Notes under the pieces: model-generated | The model's input: only the letters and a program-made list of their open reading frames with translations | Told to the model about the DNA's origin: nothing | Database searches by the model: none | NCBI GenBank assembly: GCA_031285465.1 | Contig: JAITWD010000087.1 | Location: 1 to 25,903 of the forward strand | Direction: 5' to 3' | DNA length: 25,903 nucleotides | DNA from: Lachnospiraceae bacterium | Lineage (GTDB): Bacteria; Bacillota; Clostridia; Lachnospirales; Lachnospiraceae | Shown here: piece by piece, positions 23,495 to 25,903 of the stretch | Position numbering within the stretch: position 1 is the stretch's first letter | How the letters are laid out: every line of letters starts with the position of its first letter | Position numbers and translations under genes: made by a program

Positions 23495-24952
23495 TTACGG
23501 TGAAAATCCATTCAAATCACCTGCGGTGATCTCATGACTGGTTGGGAGGATCAGCAGTATCTCCTCATTCAGATGACCGGTTATCTGCCCGCCGAGCACT
23601 TCACCAACCTGATAAGGCCGCTCCTCAACCTCTTTGACTGCCGCACATACATATTCTTTTGTATGTCCCAGCCAATAGCGCTGGTCACCGATTTCCTTAA
23701 CCTCTTCCAAAATGATTTCTGACCAACTGCCAATACATTCGTTATGATAGGCATGTATCATTTCTTTGCTAAGTGTGAGCAATCGTTCACTTCGCTCCCG
23801 CTTCACCGCTTCTGGTATCTGATCCGTCATCTCAGCCGCCTTGGTGCCAAGGCGTTTGGAATATTTAAAAACATGTAGCTGATAAAAAGAAGCTCTTTCA
23901 AGATATTTATATGTTTCCTCAAATTCTGCTTCGGTCTCACCTGGAAAGCCAACGATCACATCGGTAGTAAATACCGGCAATTGTTCGTTTTTATTAATTT
24001 TACCCTTTTCATTGTCGCGATTGTCCAACTCATTGTTACCGTCCACCCGCTCATAGGCCTGTCGAAGCATGAGCATTTTATCATAATACTCTGCCGCTGT
24101 GTAATGACGGTTCATCCGTTTCAAGGTAGCATCGCAACCACTTTGTAAAGATAGGTGGAAATGTGGACACACCTTTGGTAAGCCAGCAACCATCGCGCTA
24201 AATTCTTCGGTAATGATCCGCGGTTCCAAGGAACCCAACCGAATCCGTTCTAATTCGGAAATGTCATGCAATCGAACGATCAACTCCGATAATTGATTCT
24301 TTTCTCCCCAGTCCACACCATAGGAACCGATATGAATCCCTGTCAATACCACTTCACGGTATCCTTTGCGCGCAAGACCAGAGACCTCTTCAATGATTTC
24401 CGCCACTCTCCGGCTACGTACCCGCCCTCTCACATATGGAATAATGCAGTAAGAACAAAACTGATTACAACCATCCTGAATCTTTATATAAGCGCGCGCA
24501 TGTCCTCCGGTTTGATATAATTCCATCGACTCATATTCATGGACCGACCCGATATCGATCACTGAGCGTCCATCAAGGGTCTTATCTAGATTTTTACCCT
24601 CTTTCTCCCGTTTAATCAAAAACTCTTCTAAAATCGAAAACAATTCACTTTTACGGTCATTGCCTATCGCCAGATCAATATCGGCATCCAACCCTTCTCC
24701 CACCTTCGCCTGAACGAAACATCCCACTGCCACCACCACAGCATCCTTATTAAGGTGGCGTGCGCGATGAATCATCTGACGACTTTTCCGGTCAGCAATA
24801 TTGGTCACTGTACAGGTATTGATGATATATATATCTGCCAACCCATCAAATGGCACAATATTATAGCCATTTTCCTGTAGCATTTGTTGAATATAGTCCA
24901 TTTCATAACCATTCACTTTACAGCCCAGGTTGCGTAATGCGACACTTTTCAT
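23495..24952 (-). CDS. mtaB: tRNA t6A37 methylthiotransferase MtaB
   Basis: LGCKVN.YE, INTCTVT, radical-SAM QDGCNQFCSYCIIP, TTDVIVGFPGET, HVFKYSKR.GT.A. Confidence 0.95.
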   Translation of the reverse strand: MKSVALRNLGCKVNGYEMDYIQQMLQENGYNIVPFDGLADIYIINTCTVTNIADRKSRQMIHRARHLNKDAVVVAVGCFVQAKVGEGLDADIDLAIGNDRKSELFSILEEFLIKREKEGKNLDKTLDGRSVIDIGSVHEYESMELYQTGGHARAYIKIQDGCNQFCSYCIIPYVRGRVRSRRVAEIIEEVSGLARKGYREVVLTGIHIGSYGVDWGEKNQLSELIVRLHDISELERIRLGSLEPRIITEEFSAMVAGLPKVCPHFHLSLQSGCDATLKRMNRHYTAAEYYDKMLMLRQAYERVDGNNELDNRDNEKGKINKNEQLPVFTTDVIVGFPGETEAEFEETYKYLERASFYQLHVFKYSKRLGTKAAEMTDQIPEAVKRERSERLLTLSKEMIHAYHNECIGSWSEIILEEVKEIGDQRYWLGHTKEYVCAAVKEVEERPYQVGEVLGGQITGHLNEEILLILPTSHEITAGDLNGFSP

Positions 24953-24985
24953 ATTAATCCCTACTTTTTTTGTATTGTTTTATCA

Positions 24986-25014
24986 TTGACATTTATTACT
25001 CAAACCATTACTAT
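24986..25014 (+). promoter_or_regulatory. sigma-A-like promoter for the HPr-like gene
   Basis: TTGACA-N17-TACTAT. Confidence 0.7.
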
Positions 25015-25151
25015 ATTAAGCAGATGCTAATGGAATACAAACCTTCCGGGAGGATTACATAACCGGGCACACCGTTCCCTGATCCGGCTCTTTGAGCCAA
25101 TGCCCTCCGGGACATACATTCCATATGAAAACATTAAGGAGGTAATATAGA

Positions 25152-25382
25152 ATGATAACCGTACAGATTTCGTTAAATTCCATTGATAAGGTAAAGTCTT
25201 TCGTTAACGATGTAACAAAATTTGACTATGATTTTGATCTGGTTTCCGGTCGATATGTCATCGACGCTAAATCCATTATGGGTATTTTTAGCCTGGATCT
25301 CTCAAAACCGATCGACCTGAACATTCATGCCGAAGAAGGCGCCGAAGAAGTTGTGGCATCCCTCAAGCCTTACATTCTGTAA
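25152..25382 (+). CDS. HPr-family protein lacking the active-site His, 76 aa
   Basis: VIDAKSIMGIFSL (HPr Ser46 motif); TAAGGAGG RBS; no HARP motif. Confidence 0.9.
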   Translation: MITVQISLNSIDKVKSFVNDVTKFDYDFDLVSGRYVIDAKSIMGIFSLDLSKPIDLNIHAEEGAEEVVASLKPYIL

Positions 25383-25409
25383 GACTGACACGGTATACTA
25401 AAAGATGTT

Positions 25410-25442
25410 AAGCACATTCTCTGCAATGGGGATGTGCTTTTT
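25410..25442. terminator. Intrinsic terminator between the HPr-like gene and thiI
   Basis: AAGCACATTCTC...GGGGATGTGCTT followed by a T-run. Confidence 0.75.
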
Positions 25443-25490
25443 AGTTTTACGGTGAAATCCGGCGCGGAAAACGCTTTGATCAGCGTTTCC

Positions 25491-25903
25491 CTAAGATACA
25501 ATGATCACTTCATCATTATCCAGCGCCGCCTGGACCAATTGGTCGATTTTTTCTTCCAGATTTTTCTCATGCTTTTGGATCATTTTTATATTAGGTTTAG
25601 TTACCGGGTGCTTGGCGACAAAAATCGTACAGCAATCTTCAAAGGGCAGGATTGAAGTCTCATAGGTATCAATCTGCTCTGCCACCTTCACAATCTCCAT
25701 CTTGTCGAAACCGATCAACGGACGGTATACCGGCATCTCACAAACCTCATCGGTTGCCGCCAGTGATTTGAGGGTCTGCGAAGCCACCTGACCGATACTT
25801 TCACCGGTTATAAGACCCAGGCTTTCGGTTTCACCGGCAATCCGCTCAGCAATCCGCATCATGTAACGGCGCATGATAATGGTCAATTCTTCATGGGGAC
25901 ACT
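25491..25903 (-). CDS. thiI: tRNA 4-thiouridine synthase ThiI, C-terminal part (5' end beyond the window)
   Basis: Frame open to the edge: CPHEELTIIMRRYMMRIA, TGESIGQVASQT, RPLIGFDK.EI, EDCCT.F. Confidence 0.93.
   Translation of the reverse strand, partial: CPHEELTIIMRRYMMRIAERIAGETESLGLITGESIGQVASQTLKSLAATDEVCEMPVYRPLIGFDKMEIVKVAEQIDTYETSILPFEDCCTIFVAKHPVTKPNIKMIQKHEKNLEEKIDQLVQAALDNDEVIIVS

Overview
Firmicute chromosomal window, most likely Lachnospiraceae-like and spore-forming. This is inferred from the ireB-ruvX-DUF1292-rnj-ylbF-mltG-like-O-methyltransferase-U32 gene order, the HPr-like paralogue and sleC. The right part (15.7-25.9 kb) is conserved housekeeping: type III glutamine synthetase, tRNA/rRNA-modification and processing genes, mtaB, an HPr-like gene and a partial thiI. 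The left part (1-15.6 kb) is accessory: a GH18 lipoprotein chitinase running off the left edge (missing from the ORF track), a DUF6056-like membrane protein, an orphan soluble hybrid histidine kinase, two unannotated small ORFs, a DUF5058 + partner + M20 peptidase operon, a SleC-type cortex-lytic enzyme and a secreted modular GH18 chitinase. Three observations stand out. (1) DUF5058 and its unannotated neighbour share an aligned motif, which suggests a heterodimeric transporter built from two paralogous halves and coupled to a membrane-anchored M20 hydrolase. (2) Several families of intergenic palindromic repeats recur in modular combinations and show compensatory base changes between copies. 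(3) There are several structured leaders or 3' regions that I cannot assign to a known RNA family. I found no tRNA, rRNA, CRISPR array, transposase or integrase. All alignments, folds and family calls were made by eye without database searches, and start codons were adjusted using RBS spacing.
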